Of a stretch of 64,000 nt of DNA, positions 19,531 through 28,559 are shown in pieces. The notes below the pieces were generated by a model. That model was not told the origin of the DNA, did no database searches, and saw only the letters and a program-made list of their open reading frames with translations. The stretch's first letter is position 1. Every line of letters starts with the position of its first letter. Position numbers and translations under genes: made by a program. The DNA is from Methanobacteriota archaeon (GTDB taxonomy: Archaea > Halobacteriota > Bog-38 > Methanoflorentales > Methanoflorentaceae). Location: the NCBI GenBank assembly GCA_963720465.1, contig OY970393.1, positions 1,152,001 to 1,216,000 of the forward strand. Reading direction: 5' to 3'.

Positions 19531-22500
19531 CTAATGAACGATGATCGTCAGAACCGGGCTCGTTGTCGATGCTTGGTAGGAGCTGTCGCCGGCGAAAGTG
19601 GCGTAGTAGGTGCGTGTGCCGGGAGAGCCGAAGCTCGTGGTGACGGTGATTTGGCCGGTGGCGTTGGTGGTGTTGGTGGTGTCGTTGTAGCGGACGTTGT
19701 TGAGGTAGTGGTAGATGGTGACGTTTTCTCCTGAGAGAGGGGTTCCACTGCTCGTCAAAGTGGCGTTGAAGGTGACGGATTGGTTGACGGTGGGGGTGGT
19801 GGTGGACGCGGTGAGGGTTACGCTCGTTTGAGGCTTGGCAGTGACGTTGACTGTGACGACGCTGCTCGTTGAGTTCTGATAGGAGCTGTCGCCGGCGAAA
19901 GTGGCGTAGTAGGTGCGTGTGCCGGGAGAGCCGAAGCTCGTGGTGACGGTGATTTGGCCGGTGGCGTTGGTGGTGTTGGTGGTGTCGTTGTAGCGGACGT
20001 TGTTGAGGTAGTGGTAGATGGTGACGTTCTCAGACGGGAGGGGGGTTCCACTGCTCGTCAAAGTGGCGTTGAAGGTGACGGATTGGTTGACGACGGGAGT
20101 GGTGGTGGACCCGGTGAGGGTGAGCGCGTTCGCCGCCTTGGTGACGTTGACGGTGACGACGCTGCTCGTAGCGTTGGTGTAGGTGGCGTTGCCGTCATAG
20201 GCGGTGCGGTAGTAGTAGAGGTTCGCCGCCGACTCGTTGTTACTGAATTGGTAAGCACCGGTCGGGTTCGTCACGTTCGTCGTGACGTTGCTCCACGCGG
20301 CGTTGTTCGTGGAACGTTGCAACGTTATAGTCGCGTTACCTATCCCAACGGCGCTGGCGCTCAACATGCCGTTAATCGTGAAGTTCTGCTTCGTCAGTGC
20401 AGATGCTGGCGCGGCAATAGTGAGCGCGTTCGCCGCCTTGGTGACGGTGATGACGTTGACGGTGACGACACTGCTCGTCGATGCTTGGTAGGAGCTGTCG
20501 CCGGCGAAGGTGGCGTAGTAGGTGCGTGTGCCGGGAGAGCCAAAGTTTGTGGTGACGGTGATCTGACCGGTGGAGTTGGTGACGTTGGTGGTGTCGTTGT
20601 AGCGGACGTTGTTGAGGTAGTGGTAGATGGTGACGTTTTCTCCTGAGAGGGGCGTTGTGGCGTTACTCAAGGTGGCGTTGAAGGTGACGGGTTGGTTGAC
20701 CGTGGGAGTGGTGGTGGACGCGGCGAGGGTGAGGGTGGTCGGCATCTTGGTTACGTTGACGGTGACCGTGTTGCTCGTGGCGTTGCCGTCATAGGCGGTG
20801 CGGTAGTAGTAGGTGCCCGCAGCCGACTCGTTGTTGCTGAACTGGTAGCCGCCCGTCGTGTTCGTCAGGTTCGTCGTGACGTTCGTCCACGCGGCGTTGT
20901 TCGTGGAACGTTGCAACGTTATAGTCGCATTCGCAGTGCCTGTCGTACCGGTGCTCAGCGCTCCGTTTATCGTGAAGTTCTGCTTGATGGTAACCGTCGT
21001 CGGTGAGGCACTCGCCGTAAGGGAGAAGGAGGATTGCGACTCAAACGCGTGAATGTTGGCGACATAGGAGTTTGTTGCGCCGTAGGCTACTGCTAGGTCG
21101 CTCCACGTCGTTCCGTCTAGACTTTCGAAGCTTTGCCCGGCTACAGCATTTGGCGCGTTGCTATCATAGCCAGACACCCGCTGCTGTACAGGAAGCGGAT
21201 AGTCGTCTCCTGGCGTACTGAACTTGATCACGACAGCAAACGTCTCACCCTTCGTCAGATTCACAGTCGGGCTCAGGCTCTCGGTGTAGTACCCTGCATA
21301 AGAGACCGTGCCCGAGATGGTCGACATAAGGGTACCGCTCGTCGGGATGTTGGAGTTTGTGGGGTTAACGTAGACCTGTGCCGTATACTGGGTTCCCTGG
21401 ACGGGTGCCCAGAAGCTTACCGCTTTAAGCGTCCCAGTGGAGTTGGCCGTAAAGACGTTCGCTCCGTAGGCGGTAGGAGAAGACCCCGATCCAATGGTGC
21501 TTTCCATTCCAAAGGGGTCATACTGGTAATTCGCCGTGTAGTTCGTCGTTGGTTCAGCGGTGAAGACCGTGTTTTCCCGGTAGCCCATGTTGAGGTCGTA
21601 GTACGACACGTAGAAGTACCCGGACTGACCAAACTGCGTGCCCCAGCTGTTCTTGCAGATCCATGCACCGTTTCCGGGCGGGGTTGCAGAGAAGTTCTTC
21701 GCGGAGAAGTTATCATTCCAGCCCACTATGGTCACAGCGTGGTTGGCTCCCGTTGTGCTCCCATCGTAGTAGGCCGCTGTCGCTTGATTCCAATAGGAGG
21801 TGGTTGAAGAGGCAGCCCCCTCCCACTGGAAGGCGGTATATACGCCGCCATACGTCATCAGCGCAGACTTTATGGCGTTGTTGTCCAGTGCTGACTGCTT
21901 CAGCGGCAGGAAATACACGTTTTGAACGTGCATCGCTATCTGAGACGTGGTCGCACTGGAGGTGCACGACGAATCACTGTATGGGTCAGACGCGCTCGTC
22001 ACCGGCCCTCCGTGGATCGTGGAGCCAGTGGCATCCGTCTGGGTGGTGCCCCACCGGGCGAGGTAGGCGGTTGACATCGCTGAATCGCCGCCGGCACAGC
22101 ACGTGTAGTCGAAATCGGCTAAGTTCTTTAGGTTGTTCTCTGAATATTGCGTGGTCACCCCAGGCAACAGATACGATTCGAGCGAGCCGAACGTGGCAAA
22201 CGTCCAGCAGCTTCCGCACTGGCCCTGATTCTCCACAGGGCTCACCTTGTTTAAGGTGCGAAGGTCGTACGTCGTCGGGTACTGCTGCGCCTGCGCAAGG
22301 CTTGTAGCGGTGGGCAGTTTCGAAAGTTCATAGGGTGGCGGGACCCATCCGAGACCGAGTCCGTCAACGGTTTGCGTCGCCACTTTTCCGGCCGACTTGT
22401 TCTGCTGATATTGCACAAAGGCGGGGTTTAGCGGCTCTTTCTGCAGCGCTACCGGAAGCGACGCGCTTGTCTGCGCAACGGGGGCGCTGCTGTTATTTTG

Positions 22501-22584
22501 TGCGAGCACCAGCCCCGTGGTTCCCAGAGAACCTAACAGAAGGATCACCAGGACGAGTGCGGCCCATTTTGTTCGTAATTGCAT
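19531..22584 (-). CDS. Secreted papain-family (C1A) cysteine protease with lectin-like domain + 5 Ig-like modules
   Basis: YDLR, NQGQCGSCWTF (Gln/Cys), NHAVTIVGW (His), KNSWG (Asn), YQYDPFG; start MQLRTK at 22584; modules B-A-B-A-A. Confidence 0.93.
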   Translation of the reverse strand: MQLRTKWAALVLVILLLGSLGTTGLVLAQNNSSAPVAQTSASLPVALQKEPLNPAFVQYQQNKSAGKVATQTVDGLGLGWVPPPYELSKLPTATSLAQAQQYPTTYDLRTLNKVSPVENQGQCGSCWTFATFGSLESYLLPGVTTQYSENNLKNLADFDYTCCAGGDSAMSTAYLARWGTTQTDATGSTIHGGPVTSASDPYSDSSCTSSATTSQIAMHVQNVYFLPLKQSALDNNAIKSALMTYGGVYTAFQWEGAASSTTSYWNQATAAYYDGSTTGANHAVTIVGWNDNFSAKNFSATPPGNGAWICKNSWGTQFGQSGYFYVSYYDLNMGYRENTVFTAEPTTNYTANYQYDPFGMESTIGSGSSPTAYGANVFTANSTGTLKAVSFWAPVQGTQYTAQVYVNPTNSNIPTSGTLMSTISGTVSYAGYYTESLSPTVNLTKGETFAVVIKFSTPGDDYPLPVQQRVSGYDSNAPNAVAGQSFESLDGTTWSDLAVAYGATNSYVANIHAFESQSSFSLTASASPTTVTIKQNFTINGALSTGTTGTANATITLQRSTNNAAWTNVTTNLTNTTGGYQFSNNESAAGTYYYRTAYDGNATSNTVTVNVTKMPTTLTLAASTTTPTVNQPVTFNATLSNATTPLSGENVTIYHYLNNVRYNDTTNVTNSTGQITVTTNFGSPGTRTYYATFAGDSSYQASTSSVVTVNVITVTKAANALTIAAPASALTKQNFTINGMLSASAVGIGNATITLQRSTNNAAWSNVTTNVTNPTGAYQFSNNESAANLYYYRTAYDGNATYTNATSSVVTVNVTKAANALTLTGSTTTPVVNQSVTFNATLTSSGTPLPSENVTIYHYLNNVRYNDTTNTTNATGQITVTTSFGSPGTRTYYATFAGDSSYQNSTSSVVTVNVTAKPQTSVTLTASTTTPTVNQSVTFNATLTSSGTPLSGENVTIYHYLNNVRYNDTTNTTNATGQITVTTSFGSPGTRTYYATFAGDSSYQASTTSPVLTIIVH

Positions 22585-22941
22585 TTGATCGCCGACGTGG
22601 TATCGTTCGGTTAGTCTTACGTGCGACAACGGTTGTTGTTGGCCATCGTGCTTCGGTTACTTTCTACGCACGTCCAACCGACACACTTATGCGCGATTTC
22701 GCGGTGAACTCGGTATACCGTTCTGCTTCCCTACGGAAGTGCTTTGCGGCAGACGCAGGGTGTCGCGGCCCTAAGGTGCCGCTCGCAATGCTTAATCACT
22801 TTACGTTCTACACATAAAGCATTATCACGCGCACCTGTGCGCCGCAGAAGCTCGCTCGGAAGCATGGTCGTGGTGAAGCGGTGGCATTCAAAGAAGCTGG
22901 CCAGAAAGCCTCTCAAGAGTGCAAAACAAGTAACTTGATGG

Positions 22942-23127
22942 TTAGCGAACAGCTTCGCCGTTGCGTTCGAGGAGCCACATAACCAAAACGAATAGCGCGA
23001 TCCCAACCCCCATGACGGGTCGCGTCAAAATATCAACGAAGCGCTCTTTTAGCCGATCAAGCCATCCGATCTCGGCTTCAAAAGGCGCATCAATGACGTG
23101 CCTCGAATCAATTTCGTATTTTTCCAT
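22942..23127 (-). CDS. Small 61-aa putative single-pass membrane protein
   Basis: ATG start, one hydrophobic segment VMGVGIALFVLVMWLL, TTTATATA box about 50 bp upstream (23175-23182). Confidence 0.5.
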   Translation of the reverse strand: MEKYEIDSRHVIDAPFEAEIGWLDRLKERFVDILTRPVMGVGIALFVLVMWLLERNGEAVR

Positions 23128-23851
23128 AGCACTGTCTTCCGGTCGAAAGCCCTTTTTAATCGTCTCATTGCGTATTATATAAATCTTGCGAAAATAACTA
23201 ATACAAGATCAACAAAGTTTGTCAATATTGTCTTTTGATGACAACTCGCCGACATATCTGATCTCTAACGGTAGTCGAGCAGATGACCGCAAATGCCCGG
23301 GCGTTGGTGGGGTGGCGTCCGCAACTCCATAAAACACGCTTTCATTTCGTCGCCTTTCAAAGCACGCCCCTCGTAATCCGAATCATAGCAACCGCGAGTG
23401 CCACGCGAAACGCTCTGTCGCAAAAAGTGCGGAGATCAGCCTCATTAGCAACGAAAGAAGCTCCACATTGCACGCTTTTTATCCGCTGTTAGAGCGGCAC
23501 TATGTGTCGACGTGAGCAGCAAAGAGATTACAGATAGCCTATTTCTTGTGGCCTGTGTAAGTCCGGGGTTGGATTGCGTTCACAGAGGTGTTTGTGCTGA
23601 CTGTGACAACCCCTCTGCAAGAACACGCTAAAAGTTGAAGAAAGAGGAAAGAACACCTTTTCGCGACCTGTTAATTCGCAGTTACTGTCACGGTAGCGAG
23701 CCTGGTTGCCATCAAGTGGGCATTGCCCCCCTTGAAACTCAAAGGTGGCAGCTTAAGGCCCTTTCCCGACGAGCAAATAGCAGCCGGTGCGTAGATCTTC
23801 GCAGTCGACTCGTGTTTCGTGCACAAAAACGCTTTGGCTAGCGTGTCTGCA

Positions 23852-25990
23852 CTATTGAACGGTGATCGTCACGACGGTGCTTGTCGATGTTAGATAGGTG
23901 CTGTCACCGGCGAAGGTGGCGTAGTAGGTGCGTGTGCCGGGGGAGCCGAAGCTCGTGGTGACGGAGATCTGGCCGGTGGCGTTGGTGGTGTTGGTCGTGT
24001 CGTTGTAGCGGACGTTGTTGAGGTAGTGGTAGATAGTGACGGACTCAGACGGGAGGGGGGTTCCACTGCTCGTCAAGGTGGCGTTGAAGGTGACAGGTTG
24101 GTTGACGGCGGGGGTGGTGGTGGACGGAGTGAGCGTGAGCGCGGTCGGCGTCTTGGTGACGTTGGTGACGTTGACGGTCACGACAATGCTTGTCGATGCT
24201 TGATAGGAGCTGTCACCGGCGAAGGTGGCGTAGTAGGTGCGTGTGCCGGGGGAGCCGAAGCTCGTGGTGACGGAGATCTGGCCGGTGGCGTTGGTGGTGT
24301 TGGTCGTGTCGTTGTAGCGGACGTTGTTGAGGTAGTGGTAGATAGTGACGGACTCAGACGGGAGGGGGGTTCCACTGCTCGTCAAGGTGGCGTTGAAGGT
24401 GACAGGTTGGTTGACGGCGGGGGTGGTGGTGGACGGAGTGAGCGTGAGCGCGGTCGGCGTCTTGGTGACGTTGGTGACGTTGACGGTCACGACAATGCTT
24501 GTCGATGCTTGATAGGAGCTGTCACCGGCGAAGGTGGCGTAGTAGGTGCGTTGTCCGGTGGAGCCAAAGCTTGTTGTGACGGTGATCTGACCGGTGGTGT
24601 TGGTGGTGTTGGTGGTGTCGTTGTAGCGGGTGGTGCTCGTGCCGATGTAGTGGTAGATCGTGACGTTCTCTCCTGAGAGTGGTGTTGTGCCGTTACTCAA
24701 GGTGGCATTGAAGGTGACCTGCTGATTGACGGCGGGGGTGGAGTTGGACGCGGTGAGGGTGAGGTTCGTCGCCGTCCTCTGCGTTGCAGTGGCTGTCGCC
24801 ACCATAAGCGTTAAGAGATGATACGAACTGTCAAGCGTGTTTACGAGGAAGGTGCCGTTTGGGTCAGTGAGTTGTGATGAGATCGCGTGCTCAAACGAAT
24901 CTTCAAATGATGTGCTATAAACTGGGAATGCTGATGACCACGAGTTATTATGCCTCACCGCGCAGTAAAGCGTGTTGTACGCCGTCCATGTGACTAGTAT
25001 ATCGCCATTGGTTGGGTTAAACGTCAGCATCGGCGACGAAACCGCTGGCTCTGCGCCGGTTGCGAGCACGACTTCGGGGGCCCACGTGCCATTCGCGTTG
25101 CGTTGTGCGTAGCGGATTTGTCCCGTCGTGGACTGATACACAAGGTGAACGATGCCGTCACCGAGACCGTCAGCAAAAATACGCCCGACGTAGGTGTTTG
25201 CATTGCTTGCGGTGTCTTCCACGGGTAGTGCGGTGATATTTCCTTCTGCGGTGAACGTGGAGCTGCCTGTGGTGCTTATATACCCTAGTGAGCGTATATT
25301 ATAGCCCCATTCATAATTCACCGTATATACCCCGCCATTGGAAAGCGGCGCTAAGATTTGATTACCTAGGAGATGGACAGGAAATCCCGACGCCGTAGCC
25401 CACGTCCCATCAGTCTTGGTATTCTTTGTAATCCAATCATTATAGCCTATCCACAGGTGCTGATTCGTGTCGATAACCATATTCGGGTCGCTTACCATAA
25501 CGGACGAGGCTATAGCAGTTTGCCAAGGCTGGTCCCAACTTATCGTTCCGTTTGACTGCAGAGAGCCACGCCGTACAATAAAGCCATAATTACCGTTGCT
25601 ACTGAGTGATGCATCAGATAGTCCAACCCACACTTTGTTATTGGTCGAGTCATACGAGACGGTAAAAACTGCGTCGTAGGCAACGTTATGGCCTAACGAC
25701 GTTGGGGACGACCACGTAGCGCCGCCGTCTGACGATGTGATATAACTGAGTGATCCGGTGCCCGCGTTCTTGGAATACGCGCCATAAAAAAACCACCACA
25801 ACCCCGCAGCGTAAAAGCTCTTGCGTTGATGGGGCAGTCTCGACACGGCCCCGTCGCCGGCGACGGTTTCGATGATAGAGACTTTAGATACGGCGACGTT
25901 AGAGGTCGCTGAAACCGTGGCTAGTTCAGCGAAGAGCGTCGTAATAAGCAGCACCGCCACAATAAAGGAGAACAATCTTGCGTGTGACAT
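23852..25990 (-). CDS. Secreted BNR/Asp-box (sialidase-like) beta-propeller + 3 Ig-like modules
   Basis: Signal peptide from MSHARLF; Asp-box SSDGGATWS; modules A-A-A with a 309-bp period (23900/24209/24518). Confidence 0.82.
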   Translation of the reverse strand: MSHARLFSFIVAVLLITTLFAELATVSATSNVAVSKVSIIETVAGDGAVSRLPHQRKSFYAAGLWWFFYGAYSKNAGTGSLSYITSSDGGATWSSPTSLGHNVAYDAVFTVSYDSTNNKVWVGLSDASLSSNGNYGFIVRRGSLQSNGTISWDQPWQTAIASSVMVSDPNMVIDTNQHLWIGYNDWITKNTKTDGTWATASGFPVHLLGNQILAPLSNGGVYTVNYEWGYNIRSLGYISTTGSSTFTAEGNITALPVEDTASNANTYVGRIFADGLGDGIVHLVYQSTTGQIRYAQRNANGTWAPEVVLATGAEPAVSSPMLTFNPTNGDILVTWTAYNTLYCAVRHNNSWSSAFPVYSTSFEDSFEHAISSQLTDPNGTFLVNTLDSSYHLLTLMVATATATQRTATNLTLTASNSTPAVNQQVTFNATLSNGTTPLSGENVTIYHYIGTSTTRYNDTTNTTNTTGQITVTTSFGSTGQRTYYATFAGDSSYQASTSIVVTVNVTNVTKTPTALTLTPSTTTPAVNQPVTFNATLTSSGTPLPSESVTIYHYLNNVRYNDTTNTTNATGQISVTTSFGSPGTRTYYATFAGDSSYQASTSIVVTVNVTNVTKTPTALTLTPSTTTPAVNQPVTFNATLTSSGTPLPSESVTIYHYLNNVRYNDTTNTTNATGQISVTTSFGSPGTRTYYATFAGDSTYLTSTSTVVTITVQ

Positions 25991-26158
25991 ACGCGTCTCG
26001 CATCGCAAACGACTTGACGCATGAAAACGTGTCAGAAGATATCATAAAGGCTGCGGTTTGAGGACATTCTAGTTTAAACGTAACGTATCTGTGCGATTCA
26101 ATGACGCTGCTATGCAAGGCGCTGTATCAGGACGCAGTTGTGAGGGTTCTAGTCTGTT

Positions 26159-27700
26159 TTACGTCACCTTCACCTTCACCGGAGCGCTCGTCGTGGACTG
26201 ATACGTCGCCGTCCCCGCGTATGACGCTCCGTAGGAGTAGATGCCATTCGTCGTCTCCTTCACCGAGAAAGTGTAGGCGCCCAGGGCTACGGCGGAGTTA
26301 TTTGTTTTCGTGGTGGCTACGGTGGTGTCGTACTTGCCACTGGTAGCGGAGTATTCAAGGAGGGTGAGGGTCGCGTTCCCGATACCCGTGTGATTGGTAG
26401 TGGCATTGTCAGTGAGCCTGCCCTGCACTTGAAAGGTCGTGTACACGCTCGCGGTCGCGGCGGCGGTGGCGTTAAGTGATGTGGGGTGCTTGACGCTCAC
26501 CATAAGCGCTAAGAGGTGATATGAACTATCAAGGGTGTTTACGAGGAAGGTGCCGCTTGGGTCAGTGAGTTGCGACGAGATCGCATGCTCAAACGAGTGC
26601 TCAAATGATGTGCTATAAACTGGGAATGCTGATGACCACGAGTTATTATGCCTCACCGCGCAGTAAAGCGTGTTGTACGCCGTCCATGTGACTAGTATAT
26701 CGCCATTGGTTGGGTTAAACGTCAGCATCGGCGACGAAACCGCTGGCTCTGCGCCGGTTGCGAGCACGACTTCGGGGGCCCACGTGCCATTCGCGTTGCG
26801 TTGTGCGTAGCGGATTTGTCCCGTCGTGGACTGATACACAAGGTGAACGATGCCGTCACCGAGACCGTCAGCAAAAATACGCCCGACGTAGGTGTTTGCA
26901 TTGCTTGCGGTGTCTTCCACGGGTAGTGCGGTGATATTTCCTTCTGCGGTGAACGTGGAGCTGCCTGTGGTGCTTATATACCCTAGTGAGCGTCCGTTCA
27001 CATCCCAAACGTAATTCACCGTATATACTCCACCGTCAGAAAGCGGCGCTAAAATCTGGTTGCCAGTCAGATGGACGGGAAATCCAGATGCCGTAGCCCA
27101 CGTGCCATTGGTGTTGGCGTTCTTTGTAATCGTGTTATTATAGCCTATCCAAAGGTGCTGATTTGTGTCAATGACCATATTGGGATCGCTCACAGCGGTT
27201 GTTGCCGCGATAGCAGTTTGCCAAGGCTGGTCCCAAGTTATCGTTCCGTTTGACTGCGGAGAGCCACATCGTACGATAAAACCGTAATTACCGTTGCTAC
27301 TGAGTGATGCATCAGATAGTCCAACCCACACTTTGTTATTGGTCGAGTCATACGAGACGGTAAAAACTGCGTCGTAGGCAACGTTATGGCCTAACGACGT
27401 TGGAGACGACCACGTAGCGCCGCCATCCGAGGATGTGATATAACTGAGTGATCCAGGAGCGTCGTCGGGGTATGCGCCATAAAAAAACCACCATAACCCC
27501 GCAGCGTAAAAGCTCTTGCGTTGATGGGGTACTCTCGAAACCGGCGCGTCGCCTACCCTGCCGGTTGTGATGATAGCGACGTGAGATACTGCGAAGTTAG
27601 AGGTCGCCGGAACCGTAGCTAGTTCAGCGAAGAGCGCGGCGATAAGCAGCACCGCCACAATTGCCGCCACAATTAAGGAAAACAATCTTTTGTGCGACAT
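26159..27700 (-). CDS. Secreted BNR/Asp-box beta-propeller paralog + 1 divergent Ig-like module
   Basis: Head nearly identical to 23852-25990; different C-terminal module. Confidence 0.82.
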   Translation of the reverse strand: MSHKRLFSLIVAAIVAVLLIAALFAELATVPATSNFAVSHVAIITTGRVGDAPVSRVPHQRKSFYAAGLWWFFYGAYPDDAPGSLSYITSSDGGATWSSPTSLGHNVAYDAVFTVSYDSTNNKVWVGLSDASLSSNGNYGFIVRCGSPQSNGTITWDQPWQTAIAATTAVSDPNMVIDTNQHLWIGYNNTITKNANTNGTWATASGFPVHLTGNQILAPLSDGGVYTVNYVWDVNGRSLGYISTTGSSTFTAEGNITALPVEDTASNANTYVGRIFADGLGDGIVHLVYQSTTGQIRYAQRNANGTWAPEVVLATGAEPAVSSPMLTFNPTNGDILVTWTAYNTLYCAVRHNNSWSSAFPVYSTSFEHSFEHAISSQLTDPSGTFLVNTLDSSYHLLALMVSVKHPTSLNATAAATASVYTTFQVQGRLTDNATTNHTGIGNATLTLLEYSATSGKYDTTVATTKTNNSAVALGAYTFSVKETTNGIYSYGASYAGTATYQSTTSAPVKVKVT

Positions 27701-28280
27701 GGGCAGACAAAATGACTTGAGGAATGAAAAAGCGAAGGAGCGCAGATAAAGATTGTGGTGTGACGTAGCTCACAAAAAAATAGAACCGCGTGCAATCGCA
27801 TAAAAAACTATTATTTTTTCAGCACGCGGATTAGGCTCTCGATGGGCTGTTTCCAAAAAATGTGATTACGATGAGCCGCCAAATGTGACAAATTACGTGC
27901 ATTGGAGGCTGAGAGTCGACAAAGAGCGCTTTTTATATAGCGACGGATCCCGCGTCCGCGTATTTTTCGTGGACCAGTCGCACAACCGCAGAAACAGTGG
28001 GAGTAACAAAAGACGAATTTCTCAGAAAACACTGCGCATCTGCGTTGGGGAGCTGCAGCACTTGGATAAGAGCCGAACCTGCGATCCCCATCTGCCCCCT
28101 CAAATAAGTATCGGCCGCGAATTTCTCAGCGTTTTTCAAGTAAGCGGGCGGCCGCAGTGCAAGCGCTTCAAGCCGTTGCGGCACAGCCGTTGCTTTGACG
28201 CAACGCCCTCTCAGTGCAGTGCTGTCAAACAAGGACGATTGGGGTAAAGTGCTTTATGCTAGAGGCACAATGGTTCTGGT

Positions 28281-28559
28281 ATGTCAGTGATACTCACGCT
28301 GACGGCGACTACGACCGGCGGCGCGATGACCTCTACGACGTCTGGGATTGCACTGCCAGTCATACTGGAAGGCGCCGCTATTGCCAGCATAGCGCTTCTC
28401 GCGTCACTTGTCGCCACTGAACTGCTATCGTCGCGCGAAGGATGGACCTTCCCTTTTCGCTATAGCAAGAAGGCAGCCGCAGCGGTGCTCTGGATCAATG
28501 TGACGCTCCTGATCATCTTTTGCGTCTCTGTGGCATTCAATGCGGCACAGCTAGTATAG
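28281..28559 (+). CDS. Small Thr-rich two-helix membrane protein
   Basis: TLTATTTGGAMTSTTS N-terminus, two hydrophobic helices, TTTATG about 25 bp upstream. Confidence 0.65.
   Translation: MSVILTLTATTTGGAMTSTTSGIALPVILEGAAIASIALLASLVATELLSSREGWTFPFRYSKKAAAAVLWINVTLLIIFCVSVAFNAAQLV

Noticed and set aside
11467-19545. C-terminal ...IIVH/ITVH as a CAAX-like processing signal
   Set aside because: There is no cysteine, the ending is not shared by all family members, and common descent of the last module explains it
11507-24676. Many Gly/Val- or Pro/Thr-rich alternative-frame and antisense ORFs (also 2988-4007, 57969-58916)
   Set aside because: These are shadows of GC-rich, Thr-rich repetitive coding sequence
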